Positions 8,430 through 18,104 of a stretch of DNA of 56,696 bases are shown here, piece by piece (position 1 is the first letter of the stretch; each line of letters starts with the position of its first letter). The stretch comes from an uncultured Dehalococcoidales bacterium (GTDB lineage: Bacteria > Chloroflexota > Dehalococcoidia > GIF9 > AB-539-J10): assembly GCA_964561465.1 (NCBI GenBank), contig CAZLPP010000002.1, positions 1 through 56,696 on the forward strand, given 5' to 3'. The position numbers and the translations under genes were made by a program. The notes below the pieces were generated by a model that was not told the origin of the DNA, searched no databases, and worked only from the letters and a program-made list of their open reading frames with translations.

Positions 8430-9824
8430 CTACCTGGTCGGGAGGAACGACGTCGTCGCAGACGCCTGTTCTAGATTGTCGAACCGGACCGCGCGGTCCA
8501 CGAAACGGAGCTTGACCTGGCCCAGAGGTCCGTTCCGGTGCTTGGCCACAATAATATCGGCAATGCCCTTCGGATAGGGTTCGCCCATTATGTCATGCAG
8601 ACGGTTCCACTCTTCCTCGGTCACGTACTTGTCTTCACGGTAGATGAAGAGGACGATGTCGGCATCCTGCTCGATAGTACCCGATTCGCGCAGGTCCGCA
8701 AGCTGCGGCACATGGGTCGTTCGCCACTCGACGGCACGGCTGAGCTGGGAAACCGCAATCACGGGCACGTCCAGCTCCCGGGCAAGGAGCTTCAGCGCCC
8801 GTGTTATCTGACTGAGCTCCTGAACGCGGGTTTCTTTCCGGCCATCGCCCTCTATCAGTTGCAGATAGTCGATGATGACGAGGTCGAGCCTGTGCTCGAA
8901 ATCCAGCCTCCTCGCCTTGCTCCTGATGCTCATCGTGCCGACCTGAGGTGTGTCGTCGATATAGATCTGGCGGTCGGAGAGAACTCCGCTGGCGTCCATT
9001 ATCTTCCGCTCTTCATGCTCGAAGAACTTCCCGAGCCTGACCTGCCAGAAGTCGACGTCCGCCTGAGCGGCGAGCATGCGCTGGACGACGGATTCCGCCG
9101 ACATCTCGAGGCTGAAGAGGGCGACGCAGGCCTTCTGGCTGACCGCGGCCCGCCGCGCCACGTCCAGCGCCAGCGTGGTCTTGCCGAGACTCGGCCTCGC
9201 CGCCAGGATGATGAGGTCGGAGCGCTGCAGCCCGCCGAGCAGGCCGTCGAGACCGGGGAAGCCCGTCTTGATGTGAGCCAGCCCGCCGGCCCCTTCCTCA
9301 CTCGTCTTCCCCGCCTGCTCGAAGTAGTCGCCCAGCACGTCGCGGATTGACACGAAGTCGCGCGTTCCCTCGCGAGCGCGCACCTTGAAGAGTGCGTCCT
9401 CGGCCTGGCTGAGGCTTTCCTCGATCTCCGGGCCGGCCTCGTAGCCGATGCGGGCGATGCGTCCGCCGGCAGTGATGAGGCGGCGCATAAAGGACATGCG
9501 CTCGACGATCCGGCCGAAGTGCTCGGCGTGAACGGAGGTGGGCACGGTGCTGATGAGGTGGCTCAGGTAGTGAGCTCCGACCCTCTCATCGTCGAGCCCC
9601 GATCGCCGCAGCTCGTGCGCCACGGAGATCTGGTTGATGGGCTCGCCACGACGGTACAGAGAGGCACACGCCTCGAACACCGCGGCATTCGCCTCGTCGA
9701 AGAAGTCGTCCCGCGCTAGAAACGTGGCGACCTTCAGGATGGCATCGGGGTCTATGAGCAGAGAGCCTAGAAGCGCCTCCTCCGCCTCGATGTCGTGGGG
9801 CGGGAGCTTCTCCTGTTCTCCCAT
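8430..9824 (-). CDS. dnaB: Replicative DNA helicase DnaB
   Basis: PPHDIEAEEALLGSLL, the Walker A motif ARPSLGKTTLAL, IIDYLQL and SQLSRAVE motifs. Confidence 0.95.
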   Translation of the reverse strand: MGEQEKLPPHDIEAEEALLGSLLIDPDAILKVATFLARDDFFDEANAAVFEACASLYRRGEPINQISVAHELRRSGLDDERVGAHYLSHLISTVPTSVHAEHFGRIVERMSFMRRLITAGGRIARIGYEAGPEIEESLSQAEDALFKVRAREGTRDFVSIRDVLGDYFEQAGKTSEEGAGGLAHIKTGFPGLDGLLGGLQRSDLIILAARPSLGKTTLALDVARRAAVSQKACVALFSLEMSAESVVQRMLAAQADVDFWQVRLGKFFEHEERKIMDASGVLSDRQIYIDDTPQVGTMSIRSKARRLDFEHRLDLVIIDYLQLIEGDGRKETRVQELSQITRALKLLARELDVPVIAVSQLSRAVEWRTTHVPQLADLRESGTIEQDADIVLFIYREDKYVTEEEWNRLHDIMGEPYPKGIADIIVAKHRNGPLGQVKLRFVDRAVRFDNLEQASATTSFLPTR

Positions 9825-9834
9825 GCCGTCCCGC

Positions 9835-10293
9835 CTAAGACTCTCCGGTTTCCGGCTCTATGATGACCGTGACCTTCGCCTCGGCCGTACCGGAGAGCTT
9901 CACGTTCACGCTGTGGCTGCCTGCCTCTCTGAGCGGCCGCTCCAGCATCACGTGCCTCTTCTCAATCTCGGCACCCATCGACGAACTGAGTGTCTCGGCG
10001 ATCTGCGCAGCAGTGATGGAACCGAAGAGCTTGTCTTCGTCCCCGACGCGAGCCTTGAAGTGGAGCTCCTGGCCCTCGATGCGAGCGGCCAGCAACTCGA
10101 ACTTCTTCGCCTCGTCCGCCTTGCGCTCTTTCTCCTGCCTGATGCGAGCCTCAGCCTGCTTCATCGCTCCAGCCGAGGCCTCGACGGCAAGCCCCCGGGG
10201 CAGAAGATAGTTCCGCGCAAAGCCGGGTGCGACGTCCTTGATGTCGCCGACTTCGCCGGAACCGGAAACGTCCTTCAAGAAGATGACCTTCAT
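9835..10293 (-). CDS. rplI: 50S ribosomal protein L9
   Basis: MKVIFLKDV.G.G..GDIKDVA.GFARNYLLPRGLA. The ATG overlaps the trxB stop (ATGA). Confidence 0.9.
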   Translation of the reverse strand: MKVIFLKDVSGSGEVGDIKDVAPGFARNYLLPRGLAVEASAGAMKQAEARIRQEKERKADEAKKFELLAARIEGQELHFKARVGDEDKLFGSITAAQIAETLSSSMGAEIEKRHVMLERPLREAGSHSVNVKLSGTAEAKVTVIIEPETGES

Positions 10294-11222
10294 AGTGAGC
10301 TGATATACCTCCTTGCCGAGAGTGCGGCGGTAGCTCCGTCGCCCGCAGCCGTGACCACCTGGCGCGCCGAATCATGGCGCACGTCCCCGGCGGCGAAGAC
10401 CCCAGCTATGCTGGTCTCCATCTGTTCGTTGGTAATGATGCACCCGGTCTCGTCCAGCGGAAGCGTGGAGCCAAGAAACCCGGTCGAAGGAACAGACCCC
10501 ACCGCCACAAACACCCCATCCACCGGAACGGTGGAGATTATACCATCCCTGATGTTGCGGAGGCGCAGCCCGGTCACAGCCGACCCGCCTTCGATACGTT
10601 CGACAACGCTGTTCCATGCGAATCTGATCTTCGGGCTGTCGAATGCCTTCCGCTGCAGCGCCTGGCTCGCCCGAAGCTGGTCGCGGCGATGGACCAGGGT
10701 CACCTCGGTCGCATGAGCGGTCAACTCCAGCGCGTCGGTCAGAGCCGTGTCGCCACCCCCGACAACCGCCACCCGCTTGCCGCGATAGAAGGGACCGTCA
10801 CACGTAGCACAATACGAGACTCCCTTGCCGGCGAGTTCCGTCTCACCGGGCACGTCGAGAGTGCGGTATCTCGCGCCGGTGGCAACGACAACCGCGCTCG
10901 CCTGAAGCTCACCTTCGGAAGTCATGACGAGATGCGCCTGCGGCTTGCCGCCTGCGCCTGGTGCGAGAGCGAGCACCTCGGCCATGAGCGTCTCCGCTCC
11001 GGCCTTCTCAGCCTGGGCGTGCATCAACTGGCCAAGGTCGAACCCCGAGACGCCGTCCTTGAATCCGGGGTAGTTCTCGACGTGCGACGCGTTCGCTATC
11101 TGGCCGCCGGGGAAGGACTTCTCGACCACCACCGTCGTGAACCCGGAACGGGCTGCGTAGATGGCGGCTGAGAGGCCGGCAGGGCCGGCGCCGAGGATGA
11201 CGACATCGTACGTCCTCTTCAC
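10290..11222 (-). CDS. trxB: Thioredoxin-disulfide reductase
   Basis: YDVVILGAGPAGLSAAIYAAR, the redox-active CATCDG motif and GGGDTA. The GTG start at 11222 trims the 837-aa track ORF to its C-terminal 310 aa. Confidence 0.9.
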   Translation of the reverse strand: MKRTYDVVILGAGPAGLSAAIYAARSGFTTVVVEKSFPGGQIANASHVENYPGFKDGVSGFDLGQLMHAQAEKAGAETLMAEVLALAPGAGGKPQAHLVMTSEGELQASAVVVATGARYRTLDVPGETELAGKGVSYCATCDGPFYRGKRVAVVGGGDTALTDALELTAHATEVTLVHRRDQLRASQALQRKAFDSPKIRFAWNSVVERIEGGSAVTGLRLRNIRDGIISTVPVDGVFVAVGSVPSTGFLGSTLPLDETGCIITNEQMETSIAGVFAAGDVRHDSARQVVTAAGDGATAALSARRYISSL

Positions 11223-11298
11223 TGCGGGGCAATGGTAGCAGATTGGCCCCGGCTTTTCATCGCAGCGCCCAAGGCGCGGACGAAGCCCATTTGCACTC

Positions 11299-11799
11299 AT
11301 GCCCGCTCGTGCTGTACCTTTATGTCCTCTCATGCTCTCCCTCGAATCCCTCCAGGGCAGCCCCCTGAGCGCCAGATTCAATGTCAGCGCGCTGCTGCAG
11401 CAGCCTGTCGGCACGACACTCGTCCTGCCAATCTCCACGCTGCTGGGCCACGGACAGGAGGGACTGGTCGCCGGCGCGGTCCGGCTCACGCACACCGGTC
11501 GCGGCGTCGCGGTCAGCGGAGATGGTGCGGCTGACGTTGCACTCACCTGCACCAGGTGTCTCGACGAGTACTGCGAGCACGTGGCCTTCACCATCGAGGA
11601 ACAGGTGCATCCCGAACCGCATTTCGCGCACCGGCGAGGCGCCGCGGGCTTCGAGGAAGACGACGAGGTGCACATCAGCGACGACAATACGCTTGACTTG
11701 GGTGAGATATTGCGCCAACATATCGTTTTGCACTTGCCCCTGAAACCGTTGTGCCGGGCGGATTGCCCCGGTCTGGAGGAGATAAGTCCCGATGTCTGA
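11299..11799 (+). CDS. yceD: YceD/DUF177 family protein
   Basis: C.RCL......V.F.IEE motif and C-terminal LPLKPLCRADCPGL. It lies immediately upstream of rpmF, as in many bacteria. Confidence 0.8.
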   Translation: MPARAVPLCPLMLSLESLQGSPLSARFNVSALLQQPVGTTLVLPISTLLGHGQEGLVAGAVRLTHTGRGVAVSGDGAADVALTCTRCLDEYCEHVAFTIEEQVHPEPHFAHRRGAAGFEEDDEVHISDDNTLDLGEILRQHIVLHLPLKPLCRADCPGLEEISPDV

Positions 11800-11989
11800 A
11801 CCGAAGAAGAAAACGTCGCACGCAAGCCAGGGCAAACGCAGGAGCCACCTTGCGATCTCCGGCCCCTCACTGGTGCCGTGCCCGAACTGCAAGAGTCCCA
11901 AGCTTCCGCACCGCGTCTGTCCGACCTGCGGAATGTATGACGGCCGCCAGGAAGTCGTCGTCGAGACGGCCAAGTCCAAGAAGCAATAG
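11792..11989 (+). CDS. rpmF: 50S ribosomal protein L32
   Basis: PKKKTSHASQGKRRSH and the CPNC...CPTCG zinc ribbon. Confidence 0.9.
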   Translation: MSEPKKKTSHASQGKRRSHLAISGPSLVPCPNCKSPKLPHRVCPTCGMYDGRQEVVVETAKSKKQ

Positions 11990-11991
11990 CG

Positions 11992-12933
11992 ATGTCGGCA
12001 TGGGCGGCGTATGTCTTCCCCGGGCAGGCCTCCCAGAAGGTCGGCATGGGCCTGAGCGTGTACGAGAAGTACGCGTCCGCCCGAGTTGCCTTCGAAGAAG
12101 CTGACGCTGCCCTGGGTTTCTCCATCTCGCGGCTTTGCTTCGAGGGCCCCGCCGAGGACCTGACCAAGACGGTCAATGTGCAGCCTGCGCTCGTTGCCAC
12201 GAGCATGGCGTGCCTTCGGGCCGCACAGGAAGGACTGGGCAGCAAGCTGCCCCACCCCGCATTCGTGGCAGGGCACAGCCTCGGTGAGTACACAGCCCTT
12301 GCGGCCGCCTCGGTGCTCAGCTTCGGCGATGCGCTGCGGCTGGTCCGGGAACGCGGCCGGCTGATGTACGAGGCCGGACTGCGCCGGCCCGGCGGCATGA
12401 TGGCGGTGATTGCTTTCGACCGCTCCCCGCTCCAGGAGGTCTGTGACGAGGCCGGGGTCGAGATCTCCAACGTGAACGCACCCGGGCAGCTCGTCATAAG
12501 CGGCTCAACCGACAAGCTCGAGAAGGCGGCTGAGCTGGCCAAAGCCAAGGGAGCGCGCCGGCTCATCCCCCTCAACGTCAGCGGCGCCTTCCACTCCACG
12601 CTGATGGAGCCCGTCATCGCCGAGTTCGACCGCGTGCTGCAGAGCGTGACGTTCCACGCGCCGAGCGTGCCGGTGGTATCCAACGTGACGGCGCTGCCGT
12701 TGACAGACGGAGCCGGGATGCGGCAGGAATTGCTCTCGCAGTTGCGCAAGTGCATCCAGTGGCAGGCTTCAGTTGAGTTCATGACGCGCAACGGCGTCAC
12801 CACGTACTACGAGATCGGGCCGGGAACCGTCCTCGCGGGCCTCATCAAGCGGATAAGCCCGGAGACGCTCACCATCAATATCTCGGGAGTGGAGGATATC
12901 GCCGCTCTCGAAGACCCGGCGCCGCCGGCATAA
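11992..12933 (+). CDS. fabD: Malonyl CoA-ACP transacylase
   Basis: FPGQASQKVGMG, the active-site GHSLGEYTALAAA motif, and SGAFHS. Confidence 0.9.
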   Translation: MSAWAAYVFPGQASQKVGMGLSVYEKYASARVAFEEADAALGFSISRLCFEGPAEDLTKTVNVQPALVATSMACLRAAQEGLGSKLPHPAFVAGHSLGEYTALAAASVLSFGDALRLVRERGRLMYEAGLRRPGGMMAVIAFDRSPLQEVCDEAGVEISNVNAPGQLVISGSTDKLEKAAELAKAKGARRLIPLNVSGAFHSTLMEPVIAEFDRVLQSVTFHAPSVPVVSNVTALPLTDGAGMRQELLSQLRKCIQWQASVEFMTRNGVTTYYEIGPGTVLAGLIKRISPETLTINISGVEDIAALEDPAPPA

Positions 12934-12937
12934 GACA

Positions 12938-13360
12938 ATGGGTTCACGTCGCAGGGCACGGGGCATCGCCCTCGAGGTCCTGTATGAGCTCGACTGCACC
13001 AGCCACAAGGCGGACGAGGTCCTTGCGCGCCTCGTCTACGACGAGGAGGTAGACGAGGAGTCGTACGACTTCGCCGCGGACCTGGTGCACGGAGTGCTCG
13101 AGCACCGGCATGAGGTCGACGCGGTCATCGCGCGGCACGCGCCGGCGTTTCCGGTGGATCAGATGGCGGTTATCGACCGGAACGTGCTGCGCATAGCCCT
13201 GTTCGAGTTGCTCTACTCGGATGACACGCCGATGAAGGTGGCCATCAACGAGGCCGTCGAGCTGGCAAAACGCTACGGCGCGGACTCCTCACCTCGCCTC
13301 GTCAACGGCGTCTTGGGCGCGGTCGCCGACGGCGAGGATGATACGTCCAGGAAGGCCTGA
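12938..13360 (+). CDS. nusB: Transcription antitermination factor NusB
   Basis: RRRARGIALEVLYE....., DRNVLRIALFELLY..DTP.KVAINEAVELAK.Y and VNGVLG. Confidence 0.9.
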   Translation: MGSRRRARGIALEVLYELDCTSHKADEVLARLVYDEEVDEESYDFAADLVHGVLEHRHEVDAVIARHAPAFPVDQMAVIDRNVLRIALFELLYSDDTPMKVAINEAVELAKRYGADSSPRLVNGVLGAVADGEDDTSRKA

Positions 13361-13398
13361 CACCGGGGCGACATCTCCCCGGCACGGTTTCACCGCAT

Positions 13399-13740
13399 AT
13401 GCACGAGTTCGGCATTACTGAAAGCCTGGTGCGCATCGTCGAAGAGAAGGCGCGCGAGGCCGGCGTGACCAAGGTCACTACCATCCGCGTCGTCATCGGG
13501 GCGCTCACCGGCTTCGTTCCGGAGAGCATCGAGTTCTACTACGACCGCATGAGCCGGAACACTGTGGCCGAAGGGGCGAAGCTCGAGTTCGAAGAGCTTC
13601 CGGCCACACTCCGGTGCAGAACGTGCGGGCACGTCTTCACACCGCAGGAGCGGCACTGGGACTGCCCGTCGTGCGCATCGTCCGAGGTGGACATCGAGGG
13701 GGGGCGCGAGTTGTACGTCAAGGAGATGGAGGTATCGTGA
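13399..13740 (+). CDS. hypA: Hydrogenase nickel incorporation protein HypA
   Basis: N-terminal MHE nickel motif and a zinc site CRTCG...CPSC. Confidence 0.9.
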   Translation: MHEFGITESLVRIVEEKAREAGVTKVTTIRVVIGALTGFVPESIEFYYDRMSRNTVAEGAKLEFEELPATLRCRTCGHVFTPQERHWDCPSCASSEVDIEGGRELYVKEMEVS

Positions 13741-14399
13741 AGAAGATCGAGATCGTGCAGGGACTCCTCGATGCGAACAATGCCACCGCTGCGGGGAACC
13801 GCGCGCTGCTCGACCGGCACGGCTGCACCGCAGTCAACATCATGTCCGCACCCGGGGCCGGCAAGACCAGCGTCGTGCTGCGAACAATCGCGGGTCTGGA
13901 TGCGCACGTGCGAACAGGCGTCATCGAAGGCGATGTCGTCTCTACGGTCGATGCGGAGAAGGTGCAGGGTACCGCCCGCGCCGTCGTGCAGATAAACACG
14001 AAAGGGATGCCCGAGAGCTGCGCACTGGTCGCCGACATGGTGGACGCCGCCCTCCGCCGTCTGCCGCTGGAGGAGCTGGACGTCGTGCTCATCGAGAACG
14101 TCGGCAACCTCATCTGCCCGACCGAGTTCGACCTCGGCGAGCACCTGAAGGTCGTCATCGCGAGCACGCCCGAGGGCGACGACAAGCCGCTGAAGTACCC
14201 GCTCATCTTCGCCGACGCCGACGCCGTCATCATCAACAAGATCGACCTCCTGCCGTACGTCGACTTCGACATGGGGAAGTTCACTCAAGCGGTCCGCGAT
14301 CTGAACGCCCATGCGCCGTTCTTCGCCCTGTCGTGCAAGACCGGGGAAGGCGTGGCAGAATGGGTGGCATGGCTGCGGGACCGGACGCGCAAGGCGTGA
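13737..14399 (+). CDS. hypB: Hydrogenase accessory GTPase HypB
   Basis: The GTG start overlaps the hypA stop (GTGA at 13737-13740). P-loop SAPGAGKTS, ENVGNLICP and NKIDLL motifs. Confidence 0.9.
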   Translation: MKKIEIVQGLLDANNATAAGNRALLDRHGCTAVNIMSAPGAGKTSVVLRTIAGLDAHVRTGVIEGDVVSTVDAEKVQGTARAVVQINTKGMPESCALVADMVDAALRRLPLEELDVVLIENVGNLICPTEFDLGEHLKVVIASTPEGDDKPLKYPLIFADADAVIINKIDLLPYVDFDMGKFTQAVRDLNAHAPFFALSCKTGEGVAEWVAWLRDRTRKA

Positions 14400-16708
14400 C
14401 TCCCTCCCCGGCCCGCCGCTGCCTCCGCATCGGCGTGACCGGCGTCGTCCAGGGCGTCGGCTTCCGTCCCTTCGTGTTCCGCCTCGCCGGCGAGCACAAC
14501 ATCTCGGGGTGGGTGCGAAACACGCCGTCAAGCGTCGAGATCCAGGCCGAGGGACGCCCCGACGACGTGACCGCGTTCCTGGAGGAACTGAGGGCCAAGG
14601 CGCCGCCTCTGGCGCGCATACGAGACATCTCATCCCGCGAGTCCGAAGACGAAGGCCTCGCCCACTTCGGCATTCGGGCAAGCACCGACAACGAGGCGGA
14701 GGGCCGGCTGGTCTCGCCGGACGTGGCCACGTGCCCGGACTGCCTGCGCGAGGTGTTCGACCCGGCCGACCGCCGGCACGGCTACCCCTTCACCAACTGC
14801 ACAAACTGCGGCCCGCGCTTCACCATCATCACAGACCTGCCATACGACCGCCCCAACACCACCATGGCGGCCTTCACCATGTGCCCCGAGTGCCGCCGCG
14901 AGTACGAGGACCCGGCCGACCGGCGCTTTCACGCCCAGCCGAACGCATGTCCGGTGTGCGGCCCGCATCTGAGCCTCCTCGATGGAAGCGGCGGCGACGT
15001 GCCGTGCGACGACCCTGTGCAGGAGACTGCCCGGCTGCTGCGGTCGGGGTACGTCGTCGCCATCAAGGGACTCGGCGGATTCCTGCTGGCGTGTGACGCC
15101 ACTTCCGAGTCCGTCGTCGACCTGCTGCGAACGCGCAAGCGCAGGCCATCCCGTCCCTTCGCCGTGATGGTTCGCGACATCGAGGAGGCCGCACGGCACT
15201 GCGTCCTCTCCGGCGAAGAGCGAGAGCTGCTGCTCTCCTCTCAGGCGCCCATCGTGCTGGCCAGGATGAAGCCCGAATCCACAGTGTGCGATGGGGTCGC
15301 CCCGGGGCTGCTCTTCCTCGGGCTGCAGCTCCCCTACACGCCGCTGCACCACCTGCTGCTGCGGACCTGCGGATTGCCGCTCGTGATGACGAGCGGCAAC
15401 CTGAGCGAAGAACCCATCGCAGCCGAGAACGACGAGGCGCTGCGGCGGCTGGCGGCGATCGCCGACTACTTCCTGGTGCACGACCGGCCGATACACTCTC
15501 GCTATGACGACAGCGTGGCGATGGTCGTTGATGGCGCGCCCCATCTGCTGCGGCGGGCGCGGGGAGTCGCACCGTACCCGGTTGAGCTTCCCTTCGATGT
15601 GCGTCCGGTTCTTGCCGTCGGTCCCCAGATGAAGAACACTTTCTGCCTCGCCAGAGGCCGCCTCGCGTTCGTATCGCAGCACATCGGCGACCTCGACAGC
15701 GTGGAGACGCTGGACCACTTCGAGGCCACCATCGACCTGTACCGGCGGCTGTTCCTCATCGAGCCGGAGGTCGTGGCGCACGACCTGCACCCCGACTACG
15801 CCTCAACGGCGTTCGCACGCGACATGGCGACCCGAGGGCCCGCAGCGCTCCCGGTGCAGCATCACCACGCCCACATCGCGAGTTGCCTCGTGGAGAACGG
15901 TCTCGATGAGCGGGTGATAGGCATCGCGTTCGACGGCACAGGCTTCGGCACGGACGGCCGCATCTGGGGCGGCGAGTTCCTGCTCTGCGACACGAGGTCG
16001 TTCGCACGCGCGGCGCACCTCGAGTACCTGCCGCTGCCCGGAGGCGATGCGGCCGTGGTGCGGCCCGCCCGAACGGCGGCCGGCTACCTCGTGCATCTCT
16101 TCGGCCCGGATGCACCGTCGCGCAGCGCGGCCCTCTCATCGTGGCTCACGGATGCCGAGACGGCGGGCATCGCCCGCCAGGTCGCCACCGGACTCAACAC
16201 ACCGCTCTGCTCGAGCATGGGCCGGCTCTTCGACGCGGTTGCCGCGCTGACTGGTGTGCGAGGCGCCATCTACTACGACGGGCAGGCCGCCATCGAGCTG
16301 GAGATGCAGGCCCATCGGTACGCCGGGCCAGCGGACACACGTTACCACTTCGGCGTCGCGAAGTCCGTCGACACTTATGTAATATCGGTTTCGGACGTGC
16401 TGTCCGCCATCCTGCGCGACGTTGCAGCCGGCGTCGATGTCCCGGCCATTGCAGCCGCGTTCCACGAAGCGGTCGCACGGGCGGCGCTCGACGTGTGCCG
16501 CCTGCTGTCGGCAGACTCAGGCCTCCGAACGGTCGCGCTGAGCGGCGGCGTCTTCCAGAATCGCATTCTGCTGAGCCGGACAGCCGCACTGCTTCGCTCG
16601 GGCGGTTTCCGCGTGCTGCTGCACCGGAGCCTGCCCGCCAACGACGGCTGCGTCTCGCTCGGCCAGGCGGTCGTCGCCGCCCGTCTCACCGGCTCTTGCC
16701 GGCCCTGA
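14396..16708 (+). CDS. hypF: Carbamoyltransferase HypF
   Basis: Acylphosphatase domain (VTGVVQGVGFRP), two zinc fingers (CPDC...CTNCGPRF, CPEC...CPVCGP), and YrdC-like and Kae1-like domains. The start is proposed at the GTG overlapping the hypB stop (GTGA at 14396-14399). The track ORF opens at 14333. Confidence 0.9.
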   Translation: MTPSPARRCLRIGVTGVVQGVGFRPFVFRLAGEHNISGWVRNTPSSVEIQAEGRPDDVTAFLEELRAKAPPLARIRDISSRESEDEGLAHFGIRASTDNEAEGRLVSPDVATCPDCLREVFDPADRRHGYPFTNCTNCGPRFTIITDLPYDRPNTTMAAFTMCPECRREYEDPADRRFHAQPNACPVCGPHLSLLDGSGGDVPCDDPVQETARLLRSGYVVAIKGLGGFLLACDATSESVVDLLRTRKRRPSRPFAVMVRDIEEAARHCVLSGEERELLLSSQAPIVLARMKPESTVCDGVAPGLLFLGLQLPYTPLHHLLLRTCGLPLVMTSGNLSEEPIAAENDEALRRLAAIADYFLVHDRPIHSRYDDSVAMVVDGAPHLLRRARGVAPYPVELPFDVRPVLAVGPQMKNTFCLARGRLAFVSQHIGDLDSVETLDHFEATIDLYRRLFLIEPEVVAHDLHPDYASTAFARDMATRGPAALPVQHHHAHIASCLVENGLDERVIGIAFDGTGFGTDGRIWGGEFLLCDTRSFARAAHLEYLPLPGGDAAVVRPARTAAGYLVHLFGPDAPSRSAALSSWLTDAETAGIARQVATGLNTPLCSSMGRLFDAVAALTGVRGAIYYDGQAAIELEMQAHRYAGPADTRYHFGVAKSVDTYVISVSDVLSAILRDVAAGVDVPAIAAAFHEAVARAALDVCRLLSADSGLRTVALSGGVFQNRILLSRTAALLRSGGFRVLLHRSLPANDGCVSLGQAVVAARLTGSCRP

Positions 16709-16755
16709 CCCGCGTTTGTGCCGCCTCGTCTCCACGGGTTACAATGTGGCCCAGC

Positions 16756-16983
16756 ATGTGCCTCGCCATTCCCGCCCGCATCATCTCCATCGAGGGTGAA
16801 GACGCTGAAGCCGATGTCGGAGGCGTGCGGCGGAGGATCGGCATCATGCTGACCCCATCGGTGAAGGTCGGGGACTACGTGCTCCTGCATACCGGCTACG
16901 CGATAGGCGTCATCGACCCCGCGGAGGCGGAGGAGACGCTCGCCCTGTTCAGGGAGCTGGCGGAAGTCAGTGAGATTCGTTGA
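16756..16983 (+). CDS. hypC: HypC/HybG/HupF family hydrogenase chaperone
   Basis: Canonical MCLAIP N-terminus, 75 aa. Confidence 0.9.
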   Translation: MCLAIPARIISIEGEDAEADVGGVRRRIGIMLTPSVKVGDYVLLHTGYAIGVIDPAEAEETLALFRELAEVSEIR

Positions 16984-18058
16984 CGAGTTCCACGACCCCG
17001 TCCTGGCCAGGAAGCTCGCCAACCGTATCCAGAGAGCCTCCAAGAAACCCACGCGACTCATGGAGTTCTGCGGCGGGCACACGCACGCTATCCTGCGCTA
17101 CGGCATCCGCGACCTGCTGCCTCCCACGGTGACCATGAGCTCCGGACCCGGCTGTCCGGTGTGTGTCACCTCGCCGGGCGATATCGACCGTGCCATCAGG
17201 GCCGCGCAGACACAGGAAGCTATCGTGGCGACCTACGGCGACCTCGTCCGCGTGCCGGGAAGCCGCGACAGCCTGGAACGAGCACGGGCGAGAGGCTCCG
17301 ACGTGAGGGTCATCTACTCCGCTCTCGATGCGCTGTCCATAGCCGAGCAGCATCCCGGGAGTCAGATCGTCCTGCTCGGCATCGGCTTCGAGACGACCGC
17401 ACCGACGGTCGCCGCCTCCATCCTCGAGGCGCGCCGGCGCGGCCTGAAGAACTACCGGGTGCTTTCGCTGCTGAAGCTGACGCCGCCGGTGATGCGGGCG
17501 CTCCTGGCCAGCGGTGAGACACGGATAGACGGCATCGTCTGTCCCGGCCACGTGAGCGTCGTCATCGGCACCCTGCCGTATGACTTCATCCCGAGGGACT
17601 TCGGCGTGGGTTGCGCCGTCTCCGGGTTCGAACCCCTGGACATACTGCGGGCCATCGACGTGCTGGTGCAGCAGGTCGAGAGCGGCACGCCGGCCGTCGC
17701 CAACGCCTATCCCCGGGCGGTCGCTGCGAACGGCAACAGGACGGCACGCTCCCTCATCGAGGAGGTATTCGAGCCGTGCGACGCGGCCTGGCGCGGCATC
17801 GGAGTCGTGCCGGGAAGCGGTCTGGCAATCCGGCCCGAGTTCGCGGCATTCGATGCATCGGCCGTTCTCGGATTCGGGGTCGAGGACGCCGGGGAGCCCG
17901 CCGGATGTCGCTGCGGCGATGTGCTGCGCGGCAGTCTGACGCCGTCCGAATGCTCGCTCTACGGAACCGGCTGCACGCCGGAGCACCCGGTGGGTCCCTG
18001 TATGGTCTCGCAGGAGGGCGCCTGCGCCGCCCACTACGCCTACGGCGCCGGGTCATGA
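16970..18058 (+). CDS. hypD: Hydrogenase formation protein HypD
   Basis: FVDEF, MEFCGGHTH, GPGCPVCV, GFETT and PGHVS motifs. Confidence 0.9.
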   Translation: MRFVDEFHDPVLARKLANRIQRASKKPTRLMEFCGGHTHAILRYGIRDLLPPTVTMSSGPGCPVCVTSPGDIDRAIRAAQTQEAIVATYGDLVRVPGSRDSLERARARGSDVRVIYSALDALSIAEQHPGSQIVLLGIGFETTAPTVAASILEARRRGLKNYRVLSLLKLTPPVMRALLASGETRIDGIVCPGHVSVVIGTLPYDFIPRDFGVGCAVSGFEPLDILRAIDVLVQQVESGTPAVANAYPRAVAANGNRTARSLIEEVFEPCDAAWRGIGVVPGSGLAIRPEFAAFDASAVLGFGVEDAGEPAGCRCGDVLRGSLTPSECSLYGTGCTPEHPVGPCMVSQEGACAAHYAYGAGS

Positions 18059-18104
18059 CATACTATGACGCTCAGCAGCATCACAGAGGAGGCCCCTGAA
18101 TACG

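Noticed and set aside
10290-12803. An 837-aa minus-strand ORF, the longest in the track
   Set aside because: Only its C-terminal 310 aa (10290-11222) are TrxB. The remainder is Ser/Arg/Ala-rich shadow sequence antisense to the well-supported yceD, rpmF and fabD genes.
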